Source: Atractiella rhizophila (Eukaryota). Taken from it: a stretch of DNA of 63,134 bases. Made by a program: the position numbers and the translations under genes. The stretch spans positions 1 to 63,134 of the forward strand of contig MU271361.1 of the NCBI GenBank assembly GCA_021432655.1. The letters run 5' to 3'. This document shows, piece by piece, positions 24,304 through 36,994 of the stretch; within the stretch, counting starts at the first letter, position 1, and every line of letters starts with the position of its first letter. The notes beneath the pieces are model-generated. The model did no database searches and had not been told where the DNA came from. It saw nothing but the letters and a program-made list of their open reading frames with translations.

Positions 24304-24996
24304 CACCCTGAAGGCTGGCAACAACTTCAGCTCCGCGTGCAGACATCGTTGAGAATTTTCAAGCAAACTCTGAGGAGTGTCGAATAGACCTTTTAACCTG
24401 CCATTCAGAGGGACGAAGTGGTTTGAAAGGTACGAATGAGAATGCCGGGAAGTGTGGGAAAGGGGCTATCCCTCCCGAACCCATCTTACACAACGCGCCA
24501 ACTCGCAATTCATGAGAAGACACCCAATGATGCTCATCTATAACATTTTCCAGCATCTATACATTCCCCTATTCCTTCGTTCACCTGGCCAGTCAAGGCA
24601 CACAGCATAATCGGACTCTTGAACATGACGAATGACGTTTCCAATAGTCTTTGGATCTTGAGAAGTCTGGCGAAAGATGGCGAGCAAGTGTAGCCAAGAT
24701 TCGTAGTTGGATTGATGCTTGACAGTAATGCTGGGATTTACATTCCATGCAAGAAAACAGGAGAAAAACCAGGAAGAACAGTTGAACGCGTTGCAAAAGA
24801 TCTGTCACGTGAACAGACGCCAAACGTCACACCACCCTCTGCCATTTTTTAGTTCTGTTCCCGCCAACAGCTCCCCGTTTGGAGAGGTCTACTTCACGAA
24901 TTTGCAGCAGTCCTGCTCAGTATACCCTCTTTCCAGCGTCCACACTCCAAGTCATTCTGCCCAGAGCTTACCCTCCAACAGACTCCTTGAGTCGAC

Positions 24997-27900
24997 ATGA
25001 CCGATATCTACACCCACCACTATTCCACCGCCTTCCGCGGCCTGCTCACCTCTCTCGAAGTGTCCATCTGCGTCATCGCCCTCTGTTCCCTCGGCTGGGA
25101 GCTCTCGAAAAGGTCCAGGAGGAACCTGGAGGCAGAATCGCATCTCTGGCGCGTGAACAACGAGACGGAGCCAGAGGAGTTTCAGACGCAGAAGGGGAGG
25201 GGGAGGAAGCTGAGTCGAGCCAAGACTGAGGCGAATTTGCATTTGCAGGCGAGTCAGCAGCAGGTCGATCAGCCCAGGAGTTGGTGGAAGTGGTGGGGTG
25301 CTGGGGACGAGAGAGGGTTCGGATGGAGGAAGACAGAGAGCAATACGGTGAAGGAGAGGAGGTGGGGTTGGAGAGATATTTGGAAACATCCCCAGAGGTG
25401 GGGTGAGCGATTCCTTAGTCCTAAGGGAGAGAAGGTGGCGAGCAGCGAGGCGTATGCGATGTCCCACCTCTTTCAGATTCGTTGTCATATGTCATACCCT
25501 TGCATCCCTAGTCCACCGTATCCTAAATGGCCGGTGCTTTGGATGCTTCAAGTGTGGAAGTGGGACGAGACCTTTTTCAAAGAGCGATGTGGAGGAGACG
25601 TTACGACATACGTCAAGTTCCTCATGGGATGCTGTGCGTTCTTTCCTCCCGTCTTTTTATTTGAAAGAAGAAAGCTCAACTAAACTTCAGTGCTCTTCAC
25701 CCTCCTACAAACCGTCACAACCCTCCCCATCCTCCTCCCCATCCATCTCACAATCTCCGTGCCCGCCAACACCACCGATCCCGAAGACATAACACGCGCC
25801 TCACTCTCCAACCTCGTCTCGACCCACAAAGGGCGGTCCTACCTCCCCGTCCACGTCGTCCTCCTCTACTGGATAACCTTCACCTGGTTCTTGACGCTCC
25901 TCTGGATCGGAAAAGGGGTCGTCGATCGTCGACGGGAGGAGCTGAGGAAGCTCGTAGGCGAGGAAGCGGAGCTGTCTACTGGACATGCATCCGGAGAGGG
26001 CGACAGACAGATTGTGAGGTCGGAGAGGATCGATTTGCCCATCGAAACTAGATTGAAGGCGGACGAGAGGGAGATTCGCGGGTGGAGGTTCAGGACGATC
26101 ATGGTCACCAACATCCCCTTGGATATGCGCTCTACCCCCGTCCTCGCTCACTACTTCTCCCATTATCTCTCTAAACCTCCTCCTCCGGACTTTCAACCCA
26201 AGAGTTATAATTACAAGAACTATGTCCTGGACGAATTCTCGCAGAACCCTCTGAAGGGTGTATACCACTATTTCCTTCGAAAATTCAGTAGGAAGAATAC
26301 CAACGGACGACCACGGTTGGGATTGTTTGGGAGGCGGACTTCGAAGCAGAAGCGCGAGGACGAAGCGATGACACCTGACCTTTCGAACACTCCAGCTCTC
26401 GAGGACGAGAAAGGGCCGATAGTCACGAAGATAGTATGGGTGCGAAAGATTTCGGAACTACATCAACAAATGGCACGGCGGAATGCGATCCTGACCGACC
26501 TCGAAAGGGGACACATTGCGTTGGCGAAGAACGTGATGAGAGCGGTGGAGGAGAGAGTGAGGGAGGTGGAGAATGAAGGGAGGTTTGGGATCGTGGACGG
26601 AGTGGTCGAGATGGCGGGGAAGGGCGTGGATGTCGTGGGTGAGGTCGCTCATAAGGCCGGAGACGCGGTTGGTGAGTTTGCTGGGAAGGTGGGTGATGCG
26701 GCGGAGGAGGTGGTGGGACTTGTGAGGAAGGTCACAAAGAAACCGGGACGACGGTCAACTGACCAAAAGAAGCGAAGATCCCGAAATCAGAGCGTGGATG
26801 AGGATCAAGTGGAGCAGCCTGCGGTCGTAGTTCATGAAGAGGGTAGAGTGCCAAAGAGGAAGGAAGAGGTGGTCATGACCCCTGAAGAGGAAAGGGATCA
26901 GAGAGAAAACGAGAGATATTGGGGAATGAGCAAGACTGAACAGCTTGACCTTCTCGTTACTGCTTTAAAGGATTTCATCCCTCAACGCGACAACGCCGGT
27001 CGTATTACGTCTACCCCAGCCAAGGAGAAGAAAGAGGAGGCTTCCACATCTCACCCCGTGACACCTTCACCTTCATCTTCGCCATCGAAAACCATCTGGG
27101 AAGCGCTCGCCGATCTACCGAAAGCCCTGCTTGATCCATACCAGCCTCTCACACAGTTCAAATACATCTTCGCCGGCGATCCCGTCCCTCTGATCGACTA
27201 TTCCACCGCCAAATTGAACCTCATCACCGCCATAGTAGACGACCTACGTTCTCGTCCAGACGCGCATCAACCGACCGGTGTCGCCTTTGTCACCCTCCGT
27301 GAACCCGAGCTGGTATGGAGGGCAAAGAAGGAGCTGGATGGACACCCTAAAAGACGCGTCTTCGATTGTCGTGTTAAATATGCACCAGATGTCAGAGACC
27401 TTGACTGGGAGAAACTTGCAAAGGTATCACTTAGGACCGATGTGCTCAGAGCCGGGATCGTAGAAGCTGGAATGTGGGTTTTCACACTTTTTTGGATCAT
27501 TCCTGTTACTGCGATAGTCACTTTGGTATGTCCCCACCTGGTTGATTTGTATTGCATTCTGATGACAAGCCAGGTCTCCATCGAGAAATTGAGTGATCGT
27601 TGGGGCGCTCTGGCACGTTGGCTGAATGCTAACCCCAAGACTAAATCGCTGCTCTCTACTCTCGTTCCCATTTTTTTGACATCCATCCTGTCTCTATTGG
27701 CCCCTCAGATGATTCGCGTTCTCAGTCTCAAAGGACAGAAGATTGTTGTAAGGAGCAAGCTGTTTTACAAGCTGCTTTGTCGGTACGTCATTGACGAGGA
27801 ATCGTATTGCGTTCTGATATTGGCTCCAGCTATTGGAAATGGCTCTTCTTCAACATCTTGATCGCTTTCTGCGTTGGGACCGTCGCCATCCAATCTTTCT

Positions 27901-29895
27901 TGTTCACATTTCGAACTAAACTCGATCCAGTGGAGACAATCGCGTCTGCTTTCCCCAACGCTGCTGCCTTCTTCGTGGGGTGGTTCATCCTGCAAGCCGC
28001 ATTGCATTCAGCTGTTGAACAGCTCAACATTTTGGGTATAATTGATTGGTTTCTCGTCGTTCGCAAGGCGGATACCCCCCGCCGAAGAACAGAGAAGGCA
28101 ATACCACGAGCGTTCAACTACTATTATTGGCTTCCGAACCACCTACTTGTCGTCAGCATCGTCCTCATTTTCTCACTCCTCAATCCTCTGGTCATCCCCT
28201 TCGCTCTCCTTTACTTTCTGTTTGCCGTTGTTGTCTTCAAGAACCAGGTATGTGTGCTCCACATCGTCCCCTTCCTATGAACTTATGCTGTGATCAGTTT
28301 GGGAGAATCTATTATCGGCGCTGGTACGAAGGGAACGGTAAAATGATATATGTCAGACTCTTGAGATATTCCTTGGACGGACTGTTTTTTGCACAGTTGA
28401 TTATTGTCGCCTTGATGTTTTTCCTCAAATTAGGAAGGTATGGGGGTGCTTGCATACCCACCTTAGTCCTCACTGTGGCATTCAAGGTAAGTAACACCGC
28501 ATCCTCCCTCGTCAATTCTAACTCTCTACCTTGCAGCTCTCAGCTACAAGAGTCTTCAAGGCACACATGAAGTCTATCGATCGCGAAGAAGCCGATCTGT
28601 ACTGTGGCATCCACGACGAAATGATGAATAAGGCTAAAGAAGCTGAGAAAGATGACACCGATGGGAGGAAAGAGGTGGAGAACCCTCAGCGACCTCCGCT
28701 CACAAAGGAGATGACCGCTGTGTCCACTATTTCGCCCTTGAAACCAACAACCTCACTAGATGTGGTCCATTACCACACCGCTCCAGTTCGCTCGATCGAT
28801 TCGTTGGACGGTCACTCGGACTTCATCACAACGCCCGCCACAATCTCGGAGCCTCTCGTTCGCAGAGAATCGAGTCCTATTCTCAAACGAAGCAGTTCCT
28901 TCACTGATGAAGATTACTCTGGGTGGCGTAAAGGGAAGTCCCTACAAGAGCCATCACCTCCAGAACCTGAAGTTACGAAGCCTCTGTCACTTCCTAGCCT
29001 CGTCAAACCGTTTCCAAACCGCCGATGGGATGATCGAGCAAATCATTCCGCTCAGTATGACGATCCTGCATTCACAACCCAGATGAACTATCGTCTTTGG
29101 CTGCCGAAGGACCCTCTAAAAATCATCAATCTTGACGACACCATCGAATGGTGCGGTCACGCACTGGTTTCCACCAAAGGCGGAAATGGCAAGATTGGAG
29201 GCAGCGATTGGGAGCCGTTCTTAGAACAGCTAGGCGAGGAGCAACTGGTGGTCGAATCACCAGCTTCTGAAGGAGTCTTACCCTCCCTGCACGATCTTAC
29301 ACCTTTGCCTTCTCAACCTTTGCCACAATCAATGCCATCACCTCCGTTGGACCTGGAACCGGGTACAATTAATATCAACATGGCGCCTCTCAAAGAGGAT
29401 AAATTGAACCCTTCGACACCTCCCACCCATCGGAGATTGCAAGGAAAGGAACGCCTCAAGGTTGCAGAAGAAGTTGCCGCCCAGATCAAGCGGGAAGAAA
29501 GGCAGGCGGCAGCGAGACCAACTCGTTCTCAGACAATGCGATCAGACAGCTCTCATAGACCCCCCACCTTATCGTCGTCCACACGGCGTATCTCAGCACA
29601 CTCAGCGGCATCTATCCGACCAACAATGTCGAGGGATGTCTCGTCGCCAACGTCTCAGCGTCGGGCTGGACGTTATGATTCCTTGTTCCGTGAGCGTTCG
29701 CCGTCACTAGCTCTGAGTGAACGCGGTTCCATCACGCAGCAAGAGGCTTTAATAGAGGAAGTTCTAGAGGAAGAACGGAAGAACCAGTCAGTGTTGAAAC
29801 GAGAAGAAGAAGAGGAAACGGAGCAGGAAAACAAAGCGAACGCGACGACTTCCACATGGAAGAAGATATTCTATCAGCCTGGCACAGCAGAATGA
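24997..29895 (+). CDS. OSCA/TMEM63 (CSC1/Rsn1, DUF221) calcium-permeable stress-gated channel
   Basis: GGDVTTYVKFL, LPILLPIH, RTIMVTNIP, TGVAFVT, APDVRDLDW, FPNAAAFFVGW, FNYYYWLPNHLLV, LNPLVIPF and KNQ...YEGNG. Confidence 0.9.
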
Positions 29896-30416
29896 GCCTA
29901 ACGCCGTTAACGATTTCATAAATTCATGCTTGAAGCTCAAGCTGTTCATGTACAAAGCACTACATGTTCATAGCATTGCAATGGTTTCTCAGTTGGGTGT
30001 TGTAGGTTAACTTCCGTCCACAAGGGTTTTGGGGTGGAGATTATTGAACTATTTGGCTACTTATAATGAATTTTGTTGATGACTTAAACTCAGGCCAAGC
30101 TCTGGGAGTAGATCCAATTTAGGACTTAGCGCCAGGAAAGGAGGCTAAGGCAGCATTTTACAGAGAGTGAACACATTTCGATTTCTCAAAGGACTTGTCA
30201 TTTGACAACTTAGCTAGCACTCCACAATAAATCTACACTTCTTCGAATCGAAAACTACTATGTTCTCTCTCGAAACCATCCTGACAAAAGACCTCAAAAT
30301 GTTGCTATAGTACAAATTGCTGTTTCAGAGTTCAAACTGCGGAGGAGGGGTGATGGAGGGGCGGAGAGAAAATCGAACGAGTGGAAGGTGGATTGGGAAG
30401 CAAGGAGGGTGATGGT

Positions 30417-33400
30417 TTATTTAGTCGGTACACCGACGTTGTTATTGGATCGTTTGACCGACTCCAACAGTTTGGCCAGCTTGTTTTTTGGCTTCACCTC
30501 TGTCACGGTGGAGCTACTTGATCCCGGACGAGCGGTCGATTTGTTGTCAGAACGAAGAGATGAAGTCGATGTGGCCGCATCCCTCTTCTGGTAGAAGGAC
30601 ACTTCGTTGTTCTCGTTTACAGTGCCGAGAGGACGGAGTTTACTGCCAGCGATGGGCTTTTGTGCTTCAAGACCATTCGTACTGCGTTTAATCGGAGGTT
30701 GATAGACTTGAGTAGGGGGTTTACGGTCGATTGGTTTCGAAAGGTTCGATTTGGGCTCGTTCGAAGCGACACTAGAAAAGCTACTCAAAGGAGTATGCGA
30801 AGGTCGCGAAAATGAGGAATTGAGCGTCGTGGTGGAAGAATTAGTGCCATACCGAGTAGGCGGCTCTGTATCCTTCTTCCTCTGGTCAATCCTAGCCCGT
30901 CGATTGGTAGCTGACACCCAGTGTGCACCAGAGTTCCCACGAGGAGTTCCTTCTGGGTCACCATACGATCCCCAGGAGGTTGTGCCGTTAGAACCAAAGC
31001 TTGAGATTGCAGATTCTCCGCTGATTGCGGATCCCTTCTGCATCTTAGCCGGCGCACTGATGACTCCAAGCTGCATATTTTTCTCCTCCACCCTTGCTTT
31101 GAATGCTTGAAGATCCGGGTTGCCATCCTTGACCAAGTTCCGCCAAAATGAACTCTTCTGCTTGACAGCTTTAGGTCCGGCATTGGGAACTGGTAATGTA
31201 GGCGTGGGAGGTGGCTTAACTTGTGTGGGTGTCGGTGGAAGCTCATCTGTGTTGACTGAAAAAGCACGCAGCCGTTTCCCCTCGTGATCGTTGCCAGAAG
31301 GTGGTAGACCTGGCGATGTCTCTCCAGACATATCGCCTTCCCCTCGTCGGCTTCGACGAGCCCCGCGCTTCCGCCTCTTCTTTTCACCGTCGCTACTGAG
31401 AGAGACAGAAGATTTGCTTTTGGTGAGAATGCGACCACTGGGAGGGATCCGATCGTCCTCAGCGGGGAGAATGGTGGGACTAGGAGGGCGGATACCATGA
31501 AATTCAGCCTTGTAAACTGTGGGATGACTAGTTTGAGGAGTGATAGAAGTAGCAACAGTATTTCCAGCCTTGGCAAAATTGGGTCGTTGAATCGCAGGCG
31601 TGAGGGCGCTCATACCGAATCGAGCTTGGAAAACAGTTGAAAGCCTCAAATCATAGGCGATCGAGGGCCTCGAGACTGTGGATTGGAGGGGAACGGTGGC
31701 GACAGAGAAACTTCCTTTCTTCTTGCCTCCTCCAAAATGATCGACGAGATTCTCGGCCCAATGTCCGAACTCTGCAGCTGTTAATCGTTCATTTCCATAC
31801 TCGAGGACGCAGAAAACTTTATCAACTAGGAAGGTGGCCGTAGATCTCGGCATGCCCTCGAATCTGGTGGTCATGAATGTGACAGGCGCTTCGACGAATG
31901 TACGGTAATCACTATCAAGGTCTGTAGGATCGTGCCACGGTGAGCGGTGAAAGATCAAATTGATGAGGACGATGCCCAATGACCAAACATCCGCTTTCTT
32001 CGGGTCATAAGAAGTTCGATGAGGATCACGACATTCTAAACCGGGCTGAGGCTAAGGGAAAACCACGCTACGGTCACAAAGAACGCACCTGGTGCCATGT
32101 ATGGCTTGCTCCCCGTATCAAAGTCGGAACACATCTCCTCATTCGAACCCAACCCCCAATCCGTGAGCTTAGCGGACACCCGCAATAACGCAGCATCACT
32201 GGCCTCCTGATAGACGATGAAATTCTGTCAGGAATAAAATGTTAGACCACGTGTTGAAGTAAAGAGAAGACGAGCACGAACTTCTGGTTTGATATCTCGA
32301 TGGCTGATCCCAATTTTGTGACATGCTGCGACAGCGCTGCACATCTGACAGAACATGCGGCTGATCAACTTCAACCGAGACCGGCTGAGCATCTCTCCGT
32401 TCGCGAGGAGCGAAGGGGAAGGTGGGGTGTGAGGGGACCAATCTACTGAATCTTCTTGATTGAAGAAGCGACCATGCTCTTTCTTCTCCTTCTCAGCCTG
32501 AGCTCGCTCCTCCAGCCAGAAATAAAGATCTTGTCCTGGGGTATACTCCATCAATATAAATAACCAAGAAGCATTTTCGTAGGCCTAACGAATAAGACGT
32601 CAGCATGCTCTTCATTCCAAAGAAAGAAGCTTTACGCGAATGAGCTGCACAATGTGCGGGTGATTCGGCAGACTCTTGTGCAGGGTGACTTCGGAGCGTT
32701 GAACGAGTAAAAGCTCGGGACTCAGGTCCTTTTTCGAAAGGCACTTCAAAGCGTACTCGCGACCGTAGACGGTCTCTCCTTGAAAGTCTTCGTCATCGAA
32801 CAACAGGCCGTCATGATTCGGAGGGGGGTCGTAAAGTACTTCTCTAACCAGATAAACACTGTTTCCGAACGTCAATGCCAGCACGACGAAACAAACAGCG
32901 GTGACTTACACAGCGTAAGTTCCGGTACCCAACACCCTCACAATCTCAATCTCCTTTCCTTCCCCTTCTGCCTCGGCTTTCTCCCTCTGCGCCTTCTGAG
33001 CAGTTTCAAACTCCTTAAAGTCCACCACCATGCTACCATCAAGGAACCGCCCAACGGCCAATCGATCACCAGGAGAAAACGGAGCGACATCATCAGTAGG
33101 GGGAAGACCCCAACTTTCATTGATAGGATCAAGGAATGACTCCTGAGGAGAATAATCGAGCCTTCTCCACGGATCATTCTCATCGTAAGATTGATGCGGT
33201 GTAATCCCATCCAGCGTTGGGGGTCCGGTAAGTGTCTCGTCCCCGTCCATCTCCAGCTCCTCCTTCATTTCTCCCAGTTCTGAATTCATCACAGAGGGGC
33301 TCCCATAGAAGGCAGAAGCTACGGATAGTCGCTCTCGTTCCCGGCTCACGCTCTTATCGTCGTGAGAGTTCATGCGACTGGGAAAGCGATAACTGGTTGG

Positions 33401-34387
33401 TCTGGACGCGCTATCGACAAAACTTCTACCGCGAATGTACTGTGATGCAGCATCCCTCTCGACGGATGGACTGGGAGCGGGACTCGCAGACCTTGAGATA
33501 CCCCTTCCATCCTCCTCTGCCAATCCCCTCACCCTCGTATGATGTTCTACTCCCTCCAAGAACGCGTAGAGAGTAGCAGTGCTAGGGCGACGGCGGTGCT
33601 GTTGTCTCCCAGAAGCTGTGGAGCCAACTATCGAGGCTGGAGCGGGAGAGGGGGAGTTGGAAGTCCTTGAGGCAGGTCTCGGGAGCCCGGCATGGTTGAG
33701 CATCAGTCCTCCAGCGCTAGAGGAGTTAGAGACAGTGGAATAGCGGTCTCGCAAGCCTCTAGCAGACATCGCTGGACTCGTCAACTCTCCCACTGCAGCA
33801 GCGGCCGCTTGTGCGCTTGCGTTCATGGTCGAGAGATTACTGGACAATCGTCGACGGTGGTTTTGCATGTCAGGGGTCGGAGAATGAGATCGAGTTCCAG
33901 GGTAGGACATAAGAGAAGGGAGAGAAGGTTCTCGAGAGATCGCGTGACCGCTTGGAGAATCGTGCGTTGACAGGAACTGATAGGGGTAGGGGTGATGGTG
34001 GGGAGTCTGCGGGGTCGCACGAACAGAACCGTTCGCCTGTTGACGAGAAGGAGAGGGAGTATTTTGATGGACGATCATAGGAGGAAGGTGTGGCGACGCG
34101 GTCGGTGGTCCGCTAGATGTTCCAGGTGGTGTGCGAGACTTGACCTTGGGGCTTCCATCGTAGTTCGTTTCCCATATGTGGGGCCGAGCTCCCAATCCCA
34201 ATCCATTCATACCATGAGGTCCAGGGGAATCCGGCACGTAACCTCCCATGAGTTCTCCAGCGTTCTCGCTCGTCGAAGGACGCCGAGGAATCGGCTGTCG
34301 AGGACGAGGAGAGTTGGCGACAGAGCGTGGAGAGGGATAAGCTGCGGAGTAGTTGTGGGCATTCGAAGGTGTGCTAGGTGCTGCCAT
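30417..34387 (-). CDS. KSP1: Ser/Thr protein kinase, Ksp1/Ran1-like
   Basis: VLGTGTYAV, YALKCLSK, HPHIVQL, HRDIKPEN, and KLTDWGLG...DTGSKPYMAP (DWG in place of DFG, as in Ksp1). Long disordered N- and C-terminal regions. Confidence 0.85.
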
Positions 34388-36994
34388 AGTCTTTCTCTAA
34401 CGGAAGTAGAAGCAAAAGTTGGAAATAGAATGCCAGTAAAACCTGAACAAGAACCAGGACAGTCAGCAATTTGACCTCAAGAACACTATTTGCCTAGTCA
34501 CGCTCAACGTGTCAAGTGGAAGGTTCGCGAATAATGCAAATGAGGTGCAGTCGACAAGACAAATAAAGATAGCAAGTACAATCGCTCGGACGAAGCAAGG
34601 GCAAAGTAAATGATCGCCAGCTTGAACTCATGAGCGCAGTGTAGCGCGGTTGGCCCGAGCGACCGGTGCGGAGACACGAGAGCCACAGCAGGACGAGGTT
34701 CGAAGCCTCAGCAGGCTCAAAGAGCAGTTGAGAGAGAGCAAAAACACACCGTAGACACGCAAACTTTCGACTTACTAGCTGTCTCTGATATCTGCCTTGC
34801 TCCTCTTCTTCCTATTCCTATTTCGAGTCTCGAGCAGTCGAGATCGTTCCGATGAATGAATTGGGGGCGTGGATCCGCAGACTTCGACTATGAGCTTTGA
34901 TTGGAGGTGGTTTTCTCGATTGGGGTTGGTCGAGGATAGGTGTGCAGGTAGAAGGAGGAAAAATTGGAAGGTGAAAAGTAACCAAAGAGGTTGAACAGAA
35001 GAAGATATACGAGAATGGGGGTTTGATAAGGAAGACAGGTTGAAAGTGGAGAGTTTAAACACAAGGAACTATCGCAATTTGTGTATTCGAAGGAGACAGT
35101 TATAAAGAGTCTGGCTGTCTAGCCTTGGAGATCCGTGCTATTCACGATAAGCAGCAGGAGCAGCGATTGAGATGTCAATTGGTGGCAAAGAACCAAATGA
35201 CCTTCTGGGACGATTGAGAGAAGAGAAGAGAGTTTAAGAAAGGTAGAAATGCAATATTGAAGATTTAAAAGGCAGAGAGCTGCGGAGCCTCGTTGATGAT
35301 GATTCCTTGGGGGAATTCGACGTCGAGCGATGGTCTACTGAGAGAACCGCAGAGAGTAGGAATTGAACACCGATTTGAATCCCAAAGAGCTTCCCGCGTG
35401 GAAGAAACAGGTAAGATACTCGTTTCCCCAATTCCACCCCTGAAAGCGGGCCAACGTACCTTTCCTCGTTCTCGTGTGAGATGACCCAGTCTAATTTGGC
35501 CAATACTGGAGTATACTAGCCTTTTCAACGTTTTAGCAACAGCTGGACCTTCTTTATAGCGTCTAAGCTGCCACTGTGGGCGTCGAGGATGGGAAGTGTG
35601 GTGAGGCGGAAGGTGACAAGAAGAGAGGCGTGGTCACTTTTAAGGCGCGTGACATGTCGGAATTTACTGCGCATATTTCCACGTTCTCACGCCGACAAGG
35701 ACAAAACTACCGAGGCCACGACTTTCAGAAGCATTTTAGGATGGATTCCTTCATGAAGCACCATGCAGCAACGCGTTCATCCTCAAGAGCTCAATAATAT
35801 AAGCGGGTTGCACTTTTCTTGGTGTCAAACCGTCTAGAATTCGCGACTGTTGGCCCCTTTCATCCTCAAGGCACTTTTGGCTCTCCATCGCTTGCTCTTG
35901 ACTGGCTTGAAGGCTTGACCGTGCATGCAGGCTTATCTCTTTTTGCATTTGATCTATCAAAAGCAAAAGTATTGTACGGCACCAAACGAGACCGAGCAAT
36001 TTCCTCCTTTGCGGGGTATGGTGCGAAAATGGTGGCAGCAACAACTCATTCATCTTTGAATACGTTGTAATTCGGCTTGGTAGGGCAGACGATCCAGTTC
36101 TTCTTTTTGCTTCACCGAGTTGACCTCCTGAGATGCATCATGAAACCAGCGTCGAAGAGAGAGCGAGTTTGTCCCGTTGCTTTGCATCGTGTGAGATTGA
36201 GCTCCAACCTTCCAAAACATGCTCTCCCTCTCGTGCATGCAACCCTGCAACGCAACTCCTTTGATTCTGTTGCTTCGCCAAAAAACTCAAGCGATAGCGA
36301 TTAAGTTACACGGCAGGTTCGGCTCGGTTTGCATTCTTTGCTCTGCTTTCATCTCGGTGCAACACGATGGGATTCGGGTACTTCTTCGTTCCCATTCTTT
36401 GTTAGAATTCATCGAAGGAGGAAGGCATGGAGAGGAAAACCGTGACAGCTTCGCTCGTCCTCATTGAAAAAATCAAATCCGCTATCGCTCGTTCACCCGA
36501 GAACCATATGGTGGTTTGGGAACGACACATTTGAACTTTGAACCCCTTTCCTCCAACCACGGTCTTTGTGGTTTTGGCGCTGCCTCTGTTTACAACGGTT
36601 GCGCGCTTACATGGGAGTATTGCTATTACGAGAAAGGGCAGCAATCTCCTCCGTTGCAACCATGCTGCGCAAGCCGCGATGCAGTAAAGTTGCAAGGTCA
36701 TTCATTTTGTTAGACTGCGCCAGTTCGCTAATATTCCCGAGCTTGACATCAGCAAAGAACGTGTATTCTGGAGATGAGGTTTGGAGAGGAGTTCAGGGTT
36801 CAGGGCAGAGTTCAGCGACCGAGCAACTCTGACATGAGGGAGAGAGACAGAGTCCCCTGAAGCGCGTGAATTTTACCATGCGAAATTTTGTCTTCACTTT
36901 GATTTCACAGCGTAAAGGACGATGAGTACAGATCCCTTTCATTCATCTGCTTTCATGTGTTCACTTTCTCGGACCTCCCTGGCCCAAGCCTTCT

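Noticed and set aside
34632..34719. tRNA gene (A-box-like TAGCGCGGTTGG and B-box-like GGTTCGAAGCC)
   Set aside because: The acceptor and anticodon stems do not pair and no cloverleaf can be built.
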